A stretch of 64,000 nucleotides of DNA, taken from Malacoraja senta. Taxonomy: Eukaryota. Both the position numbers and the translations under genes were made by a program. Shown in pieces: positions 1 to 12,830 of the stretch (the stretch's first letter is position 1; each line of letters starts with the position of its first letter). Where the stretch lies: the NCBI GenBank assembly GCA_038087875.1, contig CM075977.1, forward strand, positions 175,150,001 through 175,214,000. Direction: 5' to 3'. A model generated the notes under the pieces. The model did not search any database. It saw nothing but the letters and a program-made list of their open reading frames with translations, and had not been told where the DNA came from.

Positions 1-762
1 GTCTTTGTTGCCGGCTAGGCTGAGGCTCAGTCCACTCTTCCCCTTTTCCAGTTCAATCATATGCAGCTCACCCATCAAGCTTCCATAGCGTTGTTTGATC
101 TTCCCTGATTGCGTGGAATAAAATTTAAGGAATATATTTACCAACATTTACAGCTCTTCGCTTTGTTCTTACACCAATTATACTTCCACACAACCCACTG
201 CATTAAAAATATGAGTTTCAACATCTCACAATTCTACACCACGATAAGTTAACATGCTTTTTAGCTTGAACCATGTTGCCTGTCAAAATCTGAAAGGGCA
301 GGCACATGTGTTGTTCGTGCAAGTTGGAAGCATATTTCTTTGATCTTCCCAGAATTCTGACGGAATAAACAAAAATCGACACGAGCCACATTAAGGTATA
401 TGATCAAACATCGATCAGTGGTAATTTTTGAACACATTGCGACTAAGTTTGCAGATAATTAACTGGCTATCGTGAGTAGGGTAGGTGAAAATGTTGTCAT
501 TTGGATGGTAATATGGTTTTAATAATAATGTGAAAACCATTCTGCTCATCACCTCCACCTACTGGTGCTTTGCAGAGAGTGGCCGAATTCTACCCAATGT
601 AAAAATAGGATGCTTCACATTTACAGCAACATCTACTGTTATTAATTCAAAGACCTTGGCTCTGAACAACATTTCTGTTCTATTTAGTGATTAGCACGGG
701 GTAAAACCAAATAATGGTAATTCAGAGCAACAAGAATAATTAGAGAGACAAATCAAAGAATA

Positions 763-1128
763 GTGAGAAGATTAGATAGAATGGATGTGGAGAGGATGTT
801 TCCACTAGTGGGAGAGTCTAGGACTGGAGGTCATAGCCTCAGAATTAAAGGACGTTCTTTGAGGAAGGAGATGAGGAGAAATTTATTTAGTCAGAGGGTG
901 GTGAATCTGTGGAATTATTTGCCACAGAAGGCTGTGGAGGCCGTCAGTGGATATTTTTAAGGCAGAGATAGATAGATTCTTGATTTGTACGTGTCAGAGG
1001 TTATGGGGTTGAGGTTGTGGGGTGAAGGCAGGAGAATGGGGTTAGAAGGGAGAGATAGATCAGCCATGATTGAATGGCGGAGTGCACTTGATGAGCCGTA
1101 TGGCCTAATTCTACTCCTATTCCTTATG
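763..1128 (+). mobile_element. CR1-clade LINE, 3' fragment
   Basis: C-terminal RT motifs SRTGGHSLRI...FSQRVVNLWN plus the CR1 3' UTR shared with other copies in the window. Confidence 0.9.
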
Positions 1129-1646
1129 ACATAGCAAATTTTAAGTTACAATATTTCTAATCATAGCAAGATAAAACATTTGCAATGCAAAGTACTCCCT
1201 CAACACTATTTAAGATATTTAACAAATTTGAAGATTTACATTTTTGCATTCTCAGCTAGAATGAAAATAATATGTTACCAAGGAGGCATGCTGAATTAGG
1301 GAGAAAGCTCTTCCTCTGAGGAGGTTGGGTGATTAAAGCATCTGCTGTCTGCATAGTGGCATCCAGAAACATGCTGCAGTTTCCATTCTCATCCTCAGAA
1401 TGATGACTGATCCTTATTAATTCACTGAAGTTTCTGATTGACAGTCCATGACTGATGTCAAAAGTTTGTTGTTTCTTTTCAGAATCTGCCCCCCATAACA
1501 TTGAGTGAAAGGAATAATTGCACTGCAAGGACTTGCATTATGGACACCATCCTCTATGTTTAAATTAGTATTGATGTGGTGTATAAAGATCCATATAATG
1601 GATATATTTTAATTGATAAGCAATGATTTTATCAGATGTTACATAC

Positions 1647-1824
1647 TCCAGCTGTATCCAAATTCATCATCTTCCTCGAATTCATCTTCTGACTTTACGC
1701 CATTATTCCCTGGTAATGGCACAATACTGCTGGTCTCCTCGTTTTCAACTAATACAGGCGGTGACCAATGTGAACCAGTGAGTGCTGATGTTATTTCAGT
1801 CTCTATATCCGATTGATTGGATAC
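1647..1824 (-). CDS. MPDZ: MPDZ coding exon (PDZ7-8 linker), 178 nt, phase 0-1
   Basis: catgcag|GTA ... TGGA|gtatgt; ends EEDDEFGYSW, compare recalled human KEDEFGYSW. Confidence 0.93.
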
Positions 1825-2239
1825 CTGCATGTTAAACACACACAACACAGTGAAGCACAAAGCAAACATCTAATAATATCAAGCTTTTTTCATCTTAGTA
1901 TCAGATAAGTACATTCATATCTTGCGGCATTGTAGCTTTTAGTTTCTAATCATAACCAACTGATTATTCAATATCTACATTACGTTATAACAAGCAATGT
2001 TAAACTATTTAAAAAACACAACAGAGACATGGACTACGAATATTTTCACTAATGGATTGGAGATGATGGGAGTACAATATATATGCTACTTCAAATTTGT
2101 TTATACCAGAAATGCACTTCTGGAAAAATGACTGCCATCGCAACTGTATCATCCAGACTATCTGTTGTATGACCTTCCATAGAGGAACATAACGAAACAA
2201 GAGCTACAGTAAACCACGTGACCCGCTAAACCTGCTTCG

Positions 2240-2335
2240 CCCATGTCTTCCACAGCTTCTGCCTGACCCAATGAGTTACTCCAACATACTGTGTTTCCCT
2301 TAAGATTCCAGCATCTGCAGGTCCTTGTGTCTCCT
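2240..2335 (+). mobile_element. Degenerate Penelope terminal-repeat tail
   Basis: gctgcctg...tgagttactcca...ccagcatctgcag pattern similar to the terminus of the Penelope element and other tails. Confidence 0.65.
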
Positions 2336-2970
2336 ATATCCATTTATTTTCCCAGATTCTAAAAATCAATTGATCTTAGCCGTGGAAATACTCAGTGACA
2401 AAACAGCCACAGCCCCTTGGTGTACAGAATTTTAAAGATTCACAAGCCAGAGTGATTTTCCACAGAAGCATTTAAAGCATGCATTAATGAATCAGTAAGA
2501 AGGCCCAGCTGTCAAGATCAACATGAGGTGTCAGGCTCCTGGTTCAGGAATGCAGTGTTGCATGGTATTCAATGACTCCCTGTTTAAGATCACATCTGAT
2601 TTTCATATTCCATCAACCTCATATTCTACTCTGTGCAACATTGTAGCTTTGACCAATCGCGATCACCAGGACTTATTCATCTGCCTTACCACATCCTCAA
2701 ATGCTTTTCTGTATTTCAAACATATATCCACTTCCCATAGTGCGCATGCATTGCTTATTATTCAACCAAGAAAAGCACAGCATCCAAACAAGATCCCTTG
2801 AAAGTGACAACATAGGTAGGTAAAAAGGTGAAAGGGCAGATGACACGTTTGCCTTTACATGTTGGGGCATAGAATATCAGAGTTGGGACATTATTTTTGA
2901 AACATTACAAACACTGGTTAGGCCACACTTGGAAGTTGTGTGCAGCTCTGGTCACCACACTAAAGGAAGG

Positions 2971-4239
2971 TAGACAAAAAAGCTGGAGAAACTCAGCGAG
3001 TGAGGCAGCATCTATGGAGCGAAGGAATAGGTGACGTTTCGGGTTATTTCGAGACCCTTCTTCAGACTGATGTCGGGGGGGGGTGGGAAAAAGAAGGAAG
3101 AGGCGGAGACAGTAGGCTGTGGGAGAGCTGGGAAGGGGTGGGGAAGGAAGGAGAAAGCAAGGACTACCTGAAATTGGAGGTCAATGTTCATACGGCTGGG
3201 GTGTAAACTACCCAAGCGATATACAAGGTACTGTTCCTCCAATTTGCGGTGGGATTCACTGTGGCCATGGAGGAGGCCCAGGACAGAAAAGTCAGATTCG
3301 GAATTGGAGGGGGAGTTGGTGCTGAGCCACCGGGAGATCAGGTTGGTTATTGCGAAATGAGCGGAGGGGTTTGGCGAAGCGATCGCGAAGCCTGCGCTTG
3401 GTCTCACCGATGTAGAGCAGTTGACACCTGGAACAACAGATGCAATAGATGAGGTTGGAGGAGGTGCAGGTGAACCTCTGCCACCTGGAAAGACTGTTTG
3501 GGCATGGAGTGGAGGGGGGAGGTAAAGTACCAGGGGAAGGGGTGGTTTGTGTGGGAAGGGACGAATTGACCAGGGAGTTACGGAGGGAACGGTCTCTGTT
3601 GAAAGCACAAAGGGGAGGAGATGGGAAGATGTGGCCAGTGGTGGGATCCTGGCGAAAATGTCAGAGGATTATATGTTGTATGCGACGGCTGGTAGGGTGG
3701 AAGGTGAGGACAAGGGGGACTCTGTGCTTGTTACGAGTAGGGGGATGGAGAGTGAGAGCGAAGCTACGGGATATAGAGGAGACCTTGGTGAGAGCCTCAT
3801 CTATAGTAGAAGAAGGGAACCCCCGTTCCCTAAAGAATGAGGACATCTCCGATGCCCTGGTTTGGAACACCTCATCCTGGGTGCAGAGGCAGCATAGACG
3901 GAGGAATTGGGAGTAGGGGATAGTCCTTACAGGAAGCAGGGTGGCAAGATGTGTAGTCCAGATAGTCATGGGAGTCAGTGGGTTTGTAGTAGATGTCGGT
4001 CAGTAGTCTGTTACCTGTGATGGAGATGGTGAGGTGTAGAAACAGTAGGGAGATGTCGGAAATGGTCCAGGTGAATTTGAGTGCCGGATGGAAGTTAGTG
4101 GTGAAATGGATGAAGTCAGTGAGTTCTGCATGTGTGCAGGAGGTAGCATCAATGCAGTCATCAATGTAGCGGAGGTAGAGTTCGGGGATAGGGCCATGGT
4201 ATGCCTTGAACAAGGATTGTTCGACGTACCCTACAAAGA
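2971..4239 (-). mobile_element. Penelope-like element, 5'-truncated: RT C-terminus, GIY-YIG endonuclease and terminal repeat
   Basis: Frameshifted ORFs with YLRYIDD, FHPALKFTW, YYKPTDSH, IPYSQFLRL, RVPLVLTFHP; GIY-YIG-type YIGETKR region near 3390-3450 and RKLEEQYLVYRLGSLHP. Confidence 0.9.
3031..3067 (-). ncRNA. Minimal hammerhead ribozyme motif in the Penelope terminal repeat
   Basis: Minus strand GU-CUGAAGA-A-GGGU(CUCGAAAUA)ACCC-GAAACGUC-AC: core boxes, stem II and palindromic ACGU stem III; stem I only 2 bp. Confidence 0.6.
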
Positions 4240-7059
4240 GGATGAGATTGTGATGGAGAGTTAGTTTAGGATATCCACCAGGAGGGTGCCTGGATTGGAG
4301 GCTTTAGTAATGGACAGAGAATGAATGAGCTTGTTTTCCTTGCAAAAGAAAAGTTGAAGGGGGACCTGATTAAAGTATATTAAATTATAAGAGGTATCGA
4401 CGGGAGGGATAGACAAAATCCTTTTCTTTGGTCAAGGGGGCTAGAGGAAGGAGTTTTAAAGTGGATCTGCAGGGTGGCTCGCAGAGGGCATGGTGGAATC
4501 AGATACAATTTCTACACTTTAGGACAGTTAGATATTCACTTAAATCCGCAAGTTATAGAAGGATACAGTCCTGATGCAGACAAATAATATTAGTGTAGAT
4601 GTGCAAAAAAACTCGGTATGAACATACCGGGCGAAAAACTCGTTTCTGGTGCTATTCCACTTTAGGAGTCTAACTGTAAAACCAATTCTGGCAGGAATCT
4701 CATGCCTGGCTCCCAGTAATCAAATTGTTCTCTAGGTGGCCAAATTGAAATCTTAGTGGCAATGAAACTATGTACAATTAAATTTGAATGTTTTTTTACA
4801 ACATGGGTTACACATTTCGCTTTCTTATTTAAACATATTACAAGATGATTATAAATTATCCTGGGTAGGGATCAGAAAATATTGGAATGGTGGGGTGGTT
4901 AAAAGATTTTTACTTGGTATCAGGGAGATTTCCACAAAATTTGCAATAACGTAACTGGAGAAAGTAATTATTGCGAAAAGGAAAGAAAACTATTTTTAAC
5001 TATGCCTCCATAATGTCATTTAATATTCTGTAATCCTTTCTCAGTGTGACATATCATAGATGAATAATTGCAGCTTGACTTGAAATTCACTCAGGCACAG
5101 TCATCTGATAATTCTAATTGGAAAATCCAACAATTTTTTGGGGATAGTTTTGGTCGATCTAATAGTTGGACCAAAACTACTGGTGGATTGTTTTAAGGAG
5201 AACAAGATCCAAAATTGAGATTAGATATTTAAAAACTCATTGTGGTACACGTACCATATACTCAAGAATTTTTAAAAACGGACTATCAGGAGAAAGCCTT
5301 AAAGATATTTATCAGCATATTCCTCCAATTTCCTCTCTCAGTGTTAACAGTTATTGGGCCATGACGTCAGTGGTTATTCTTTTTGGTGCCAAAACAGTGA
5401 ATGTTTATAGGTCATTTGCCTGTGGGAGACACCACTGCTAAGTTAAATCCAATCACTAACTAATAAGTATGGTGATTGCTTCTTTCACACATGTCTACTG
5501 AATCTCAGAGTAGTAAATCAAGAAGAGTGATCTACTCAATGTTTTCATTCTTAAAGATTTATAAAATTGCAACTTGCTTGCTTTCCAGCAAAGATCAGAA
5601 CTAACCAGGTGGCAAATACCTGACCCTTCTTGCAAGGTGTGGCTCAGCTTGCCACTCTGCTAAATTGTCAACCCAGTGGGTTAGAAACTAAGTATAATGT
5701 TTCATTCATTGCTATCATAATACAACAGAAAATAATTCTAGGGTCATAGTCATACAGCATGGAAACAAGTTCTACAGGCCAACGTACCCATGCCAAACAA
5801 GATACCCCATCTACACTAGTCCCACCTGTCTACATTTGGCCCATATCCTAAACCTTTCCTATCCATGGAACCGTAACCAAGCTTCCAAAATTGAAGTAGG
5901 AATCTGAATATTTGTAATGTCTTAATCGTGTAAATACTGACATTTTCCCACACAAAGCACCACAACTCTTACCCAGTTTATTTCAATTCTCCACATTACC
6001 TTGAACAATCACATTCACATGTAAATGAAAGCACAGAATAGCTGTCTAAAAACCCAGCAATGAAGACAAACCTTAAATGGATTGTTTGCAAATGAGTTAG
6101 TTGGGAAAGGACGTGGAAAAGTCCTAGCTTGATATGCAGAAACCTAAGACGACAAAACAAACAGGTGTTTGATAAAAGGCAAAACTCATCAAATGGTTAC
6201 TGGTGGTTTATCATTGAATTTTTTTAACATATTAAATTTATCCTGCAGTTCATTGATCTATCAATAGGAATTATGACCACACCAAGGTGATTCACTAACC
6301 TTGAATTTATTTTCATAAAATTAATTTTTGATCATAGGGCAATTGACAAATGGCATTTTCATCATTTGAATACCTACAGGTCTATTAAAATGCATAGATG
6401 ATGTTAGAAAATGAATATCTATAATGAGCCCAACAAAAATAGCACTGTGAAACTGCAGGTCAGGCAATGTTAGCATGCCTGTAAAAAGGCTTGCATTTTT
6501 AGGCTATTCTTAGAAAAAAAATGTTTTCAATATTAAGTCCTATCACCAATGGGATCAGTAGGGCACAGAATTTGCAATGAAAGCCAGGTACTATGACCTC
6601 AATCTTCTCAACTATGATCTCCCTGTACTATATTGGACCAGACAGAGAAAGTGATGGATCTAGAAATGTTGAGGGAAACAATCTTCTTGTTTTCCAAAAT
6701 ACTTTCACTCTGGCACATTAGACATCACTTTACTTTTGATAATGTAAAGAGGAAATAATTTTGAATAAATAATGTTAAATTACTTTTGGTAATCATTAAC
6801 TTTATGAAGAAAAAATGTTTCTTCAATTATTCAGAGAGCATACTCAATTAGGAGCTAAACCACATGGGTCAAAGGTTTCACAGTTCAATCCTGATTCAAT
6901 ACTGAGTGAATGGATTTTAGCTATAAGCTCTGAGCACCTCAATTTATTTGAGTGGAAAGGGAGTGTGGCAGTTAAAAAAAAAATTGTTCAGAGATCCAGC
7001 AGAACTGTGAGCGGAAGTTTAATATCATCAAAGAATAGTACAAGGTTCTGAAGGTTCAC

Positions 7060-7560
7060 TTAAGAGTAATTGGCATGTGGATCAGATATTAAAGAGTGAG
7101 CTTTGACTTTTCATTATTTACATTGATATCCTGAATGTACGAATTGAGTTGTGTATCCACATTTGTAGATGACACTAAATTCAAAGAATATTAAGTGTGA
7201 ATGGAAATGTGTGAATGATGATAGGCTAAATGAGAGTAAGACTATTGCGAATAGATTTCAATTTCAGAAACAACAATTGATGAAGGGACAAGGAATTAGA
7301 ATATTTTTTTAATAGAAAAGGTTTACGAGCAATGAAGAAGTTAAGGAATTAGCTGCCCCTGAACAAAAATCACTAAAAGTTGACAAATGGGAACAAATAG
7401 TAATCAATTTTGACAATGGAATGCTTACTCTATATTAAAGAAGTTTAGAAACAATAAGTATTGTGTTCAGTTCTATAACTTCAGGCCTGATCCAATTTTT
7501 GGGCACCAAATTTCAGAAGAAAAAATACTAGCCTTGACAGAGATCAACGTGATTTACCAA
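7060..7560 (+). mobile_element. Highly degenerate CR1 RT remnant
   Basis: Residual tttgtagatgacactaaa (FADDTK-like), aatggaatgctt and tttgggcaccaaatttcag motifs. Confidence 0.5.
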
Positions 7561-7592
7561 ATTGTATCACTATTTAGGTAATGAGATCAACC

Positions 7593-7687
7593 TTAGACAC
7601 AAAATGCTGGAGTAACTCAGCGGGTGAGGCAGCATCACTGGAGAGAAGGAATGGCCGACGTTTCGGGTCGAGACCCTTCTTCAGGAC
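7593..7687 (-). mobile_element. Solo Penelope terminal-repeat fragment
   Basis: Close match to 2971-3065. Confidence 0.85.
7654..7687 (-). ncRNA. Minimal hammerhead ribozyme motif
   Basis: GUC-CUGAAGA-A-GGGU(CUCG)ACCC-GAAACGUC-GGC: full core, 4-bp stem II with tetraloop, 3-bp stem I including one G-U pair. Confidence 0.7.
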
Positions 7688-8509
7688 AAGGATAGAATTC
7701 TTCCTTTGGATTCCCATAACTATGGGAAGGAGATGGGCAGTTCAGCATGATTTATCAAATTGTTATCACCATTTAGATAATGAGATCAACCTCAATGATC
7801 ATTCTTTGGGTTCCCAAAATTATGGGAAGTTGGTGATCTAATCAGCTGTTTAAAATGAACAAAATAATGGGAGATAAAGAGAAACAATTCCTCGTATGAA
7901 AATGTTCAACCAGAGCTGATAATATTTAAATTATGGTGTGTTTTTTTTAAGAGTAAGATTACGACAATAATGATCAACTTAGTTCCATATAATTTATATC
8001 TCTCTCCTGCCAAACCCCCACCTCTACCTGTCTCTCCCATCTGTCTCACTCCACATCTTCCTCTTCCTCTCTCTCTTTCCCCCCTCTCCCTTCATTTCTC
8101 TCTCCCCCCCTCCCCACCCTTACCGTTTGAACAATATTTCAGTTACATGTTTCCTCCAGGAGCCCAGTTAAGTCAGTCCAAACTCGTTTTACACAGGATC
8201 ATTACTGTTAGCGAAGATGCGACACTTCCAACACATCAGTTTAGAAATGCCCCCAAACAAAACCTCCGAAATTGAAATGGGCTGGACTTCACAAGTTTGA
8301 AGTTTTTCCAATGTTATTTTTAAAAGAATATACAAAGTTCAGAATTGAGATAGAAAACCGGTAAAAGATGTTATATCAGTTATACATAGCCAAACACAAA
8401 AGCTAGATTTTAGTTTTTAAAAAAAAGCTAATAAATAAAATTTTAAAGAGAAATTACATAAAAGCAAACACACCAATCAAAAAAGTTTTTAGATTGGAAA
8501 CAAAAAGAA

Positions 8510-8515
8510 CATGCA
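8510..8515 (-). promoter_or_regulatory. Rbfox-binding UGCAUG just downstream of the cassette exon
   Basis: catgca on the + strand reads TGCATG in the pre-mRNA, starting at intron position +14 after exon 8529-8609. Confidence 0.5.
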
Positions 8516-8528
8516 AGCATCATCCAAC

Positions 8529-8609
8529 CTGTCTAACGCGGGTCTGAAAAGAGTCAGCAAATGGGTTAGTACTGCCGCTGTTGTTGCTTGATTCAGGCAA
8601 AGGGTTAGA
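8529..8609 (-). CDS. MPDZ: MPDZ probable cassette exon, 81 nt, phase 0-0
   Basis: tttcctgcag|TCT ... CAG|gttgga; SNPLPESSNNSGSTNPFADSFQTRVRQ shares STNPFADS with the recalled alternatively spliced human exon. Confidence 0.85.
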
Positions 8610-9208
8610 CTGCAGGAAAGACAAAGGTTGTTTCTGAAACCAAGACAAAAGTAAAGTCATAATCTACAACAAAGCACACAAAAATGAAAATCCCAAATAC
8701 CTCAAGATACAAAGCAGCATTAAACGACAGGAATAAGGATGTTTAGCATTCACATCCCTGTAATGTTGCTCTGGCCCACATTGCTTTTGAAAAAACTTCT
8801 CATTGGATGTACATAATTACTACTACTATGAGCCAGACCATAAAACATGCATTTTAACATCAAATTACAAAATCGGATCTCCCTCCTAATCCAAGGCTGG
8901 AACCAATATTTCCTGAATGGCTTTAATTAATGTCAAGAATGTGTTAGAAATCATGCAAATTATCCTCTCCTGGAGACACTGAAAAGTAGACATAAACTGT
9001 ATTATGTTTTTTTAATTATTTTAATGAAACATTTTCTTTAGTTATTTCACAATTTTATAACTCCATCAAATATTAATGCTTGTATTAACTCAGTACACTT
9101 GGTCACTGAATAAAAACGTACGATCTTACAAGTAATTTACTACTTAAAAAGGCAATTATGGACTTCAAGTGTTGGTCTTTATTGCAAAACGTGTTTATTT
9201 ATACCAGT

Positions 9209-9365
9209 TCTAAAGCTAGATAGGGCTCTTAAAGATAGTGGAGTCAGAGGATATGGGGAGAAGGCAGGAATGGGGTACTGATTGGGGATGATCAGCCATG
9301 ATCACATTGAATGGCGGTGCTGGCTCGAAGGGCCGAATGGCCTACTCCTTCACCTATTGTCTATA
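9209..9365 (+). mobile_element. CR1 3' end
   Basis: Near-identical to 28290-28428. Confidence 0.88.
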
Positions 9366-10224
9366 AAGTCTATTAACAAAATCTGAATTAATTATTTCTA
9401 TGTTATTTAGTACAATTTGATTTTTACTGAAATTTTAATTTAGTGTAATATGGAAAGTGAAATCACCTACATGATACTTATATGTCGTATGAATCAAGGG
9501 AGAATGAACTGGACAAATAATGGTCAATAATTGTGAAAATTAATAAGTAGCAAGTAATGGTCAATAATTGTGAAAAGAGCCTGGCTATGATGAAAATGGT
9601 GCAATGCAGCAAAATGTAAAGATAGAGAAAAATATATCAGAAAAGCATTCAACAAAAATATTATTAACATGGGATTACAATTGCTCAAAGTATCATTCAC
9701 AATTGTCATATAAATAGCTCTGATATTTAAAGGTAAGAATTTCAACATGTGCTTATTTTGTCATTTATCATAATTCAGATAAAAAAATTTAAGTAAACTT
9801 CTAACACATACTATGAGTGAAAGGTAACTAGCCTTGGTTCCAGGGAATAACATTTAAATCTTGACTATAAGTTATTTTGACAGACAATTAATCAATTCAT
9901 GCAACTCTAAATGACTCCAAAACTGATCAAAGCATGCAAGCAACGAAGATACAAAACATACTCAAAGATTAAATCAAATAAGTTATTTAGTTTTGGTATA
10001 AAGCTTTTCCGAATGGGTGTACCTCAAATTATATAGTTCTGGCAATAATACAATTTGACGTTTCTCAGTGAAGTCATCAAAATATGAAGCCAGGTTGCCA
10101 TATATTCAGAAACTATGGTATAATAGGTTTTATACTGCTACTAGTATTTACATGAATAATATTTACAATTAAGTTAAATGGTAATCAAAGAAAACTCTGA
10201 TGCTGTATCTACTTTATCTACTCT

Positions 10225-11440
10225 AAGAGTAAACCTAGCAATTATAGACCTGTTAGTTGGACGTCAGTGGTGGGCAAATTAATGGAAAGGATACTTAGGG
10301 ATAATATATATAAGCATCTGGATAAACAGGGTCTGATTAAGAACAGTCAACATGGATTTGTGCCTGGAAGGTCATGTTTGACTAATCTTCTTGAATTTTT
10401 CGAAGAGGTTACTAGGGAAATTGATGAGGGTAAAGCAGTGGATGTTGTCTATATGGACTTCAGTAAGGCCTTTGACAAGGTTCCTCATGGAAGGTTGGTT
10501 AAGAAGATTCAATTGTTGGGTATTAATGGTGGAGTAGCAAGATGGATTCAACAGTGGCTGAATGGGAGATGCCGGAGAGTAATGGTGGATGGCTGTTTGT
10601 CAGGTTGGAGGCCGGTGACTAGTGGGGTGCCTCAGGGGTCTGTGTTGGGTCCACTGTTGTTTGTTATGTACATCAATGATCTGGATGATGGTGTGGAAAA
10701 TTGGATTAGTAAGTATGCAGATGATACTAAGATAGGTGGTGTTGTGGATAATGAAGTAGATTTAGGCCATTTGGAAGAGTGGGCTGAAAGATGGCAGATG
10801 GAGTTTAATGCTGATAAATGTGAGGTGCTACATCTTGGCATGACAAATCAAAATAGGACGTACATGGTAAATGGTAGCGAATTGAGGAATGCAGTTGAAC
10901 AGAGGGATCTAGGAATAACTGTGCATAGTTCCCTGAAGGTGGAATCTCATGTAGATAGGGTGGTAAAGAAAGCTTTTGGTGTGCTGGCCTTTATAAATCA
11001 GAGCATTGAGTATACAGGGAAAGGTTGAACAAGTTAGGTCTTTATTCTTTGGAGCGCAGAAGGTTAAGGGGGAACTTGATAGAGGTCTTTAAAATGATGA
11101 GAGGGATAGACAGAGTTGAAGTGGATAAGCTTTTCCCATTGAGAGTAGGGAAGATTCAAACAAGAGGACATGATGAGAATTAAGGGACAGAAGTTTAGGG
11201 GGAACATTAGGGGGAACTTCTTTACTCAGAGAGTGGTAGCTGTGTGGAATGAGCTTCCAGTGGAAGTGGTGGAGGCAGGTTCGATTTTATCAATTAAAAA
11301 TAGATTAGATGTGTATATGGATGAGAAAGGAATGAAGGGTTATGGTCTGAGAGCAGGTAGATGGGACTAGGGGAGAAAAAGTGTTCGGCATGGACTTGAA
11401 GGGCCTGTTTCCATGCTGTAATTGTTATATGGTTATATGG
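10225..11440 (+). mobile_element. CR1 LINE (RT and 3' UTR), 5'-truncated, with two internal deletions
   Basis: QHGF, DFSKAFD, GVPQGSVLGP, YADDTK; same subfamily as 43690-45345; ends in (ttatatgg)n. Confidence 0.95.
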
Positions 11441-12830
11441 TTATACTTTAAACATCAGAGGAAAGTTATTTATTATTTAACACAATTATTTAAGAGAGTG
11501 AATGTTTTTCAACTAAGAATAAGGAAAAATTCCCATGGATCAAGAATTAAACATCTAATCATTTGCTGCCAATGAAATATTTAATTTTACCTAGATATAA
11601 TGTTCACTGCAACTTTATCATTATGGTAACTATTTTTCAAAATATGGTTTTCAAATTTTACTTTTAATCATTATTAATTCATTGATCAAAATTGATGCAT
11701 TTTCGGGTTGGAGGACATGTTCAAACATACATGCTTATAAAATCTCTACAGTGTTTCAGGACTGCATAATAAAATTATACCCGTCCTCCCATACCATATA
11801 ACTCTTTGCTGGTAAGTCCGATGCAACAATCTCTATGGCCAATTTTAACTTCAGAGGAGAGGAACCCAGAAACCAAACTAAAATAGGCTTGAACCAGGAA
11901 ACAACCACACAGTTCATTATGATTCTGTTTCAATTGTATGAGGAACAGCCATTTTAGATATTGAAAGAAGATAGTAGGCACAGAGGTTAAAAAGGTGGTT
12001 GGCTATCGGGAAAATTTAGCTGAGAGCAGAAATACAAAATAGAAATTTAAAACTAAAAGCATTACCCCAGATGTATGTTCTTTCGGGTATTTAGTTCACT
12101 CATAACACTGATTCACGAGGAATAGTGAGCAGAGATGCAGATGAATAAACATGAATAAAGTTTACAGGAAAATTAGATTGCCCAAACGAACATATTAAAA
12201 CCTGACAGGAGAAGGCTAACTTTTTGTCTGCCTGCTAAGTTACAGTGCCCTCCATAATGTTTGGGACAAAGACCCATCATTTATTTATATGCCTCTGTAC
12301 TCCACAATTTGAGATTTGTAATAGAAAAAAAATCACATGTGGTTAAAGTGCACATAGTCAGATTTTAATAAAGGCCATTTTTATACATTTTTGTTTCACC
12401 ATGTAGTAATTACAGCAGTTTTTATACATAGTCCCTCCATTTCAGGGCACCATAATGTTTGGGACACAGCAATGTCATGTAAATGAAAGTAGTTGTTTAG
12501 TATTTGTTGCATATCCTTTGCATGCAATGACTGCTTGAAGTCTGTGATTCATGGACATCACCAGTTGCTGGGTGTCTTCTCTGGTGACGCTCTGCCAGGC
12601 CTCTATTGCAGCCATCTTTAGCTTATGCTTGTTTTGGGGGCTGGTCCCCTTCAGTTTTCTCTTCAGCATATAAAAGGCATGCTCAATCGGGTTCAGATCG
12701 GGTGATTGACTTGTCCACTCAAGAATAGACCATTTTTTAGCTTTGAAAAACTCCTTTGTTGCTTTAGCAGTATGTTTTGAGTTTTGAGGCATTTGTTTGA
12801 ACTTGAGCAGATAGGATTTGTATATACACT

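Larger units (their letters stand above)
2795..4650 (+). mobile_element. Old CR1 3' fragment split by the Penelope insertion (about 2795-2970 and 4240-4650)
   Basis: Degenerate ggttaggccacacttgga...ggtcaccacac before the insertion continues as gatgagattg... and a CR1-like 3' UTR after it. Confidence 0.7.

Noticed and set aside
8700-8810. Donor-like GAG|gtattt with a nearby upstream ATG
   Set aside because: The nearest ATG ends in phase 2, incompatible with the phase-0 exon at 8609
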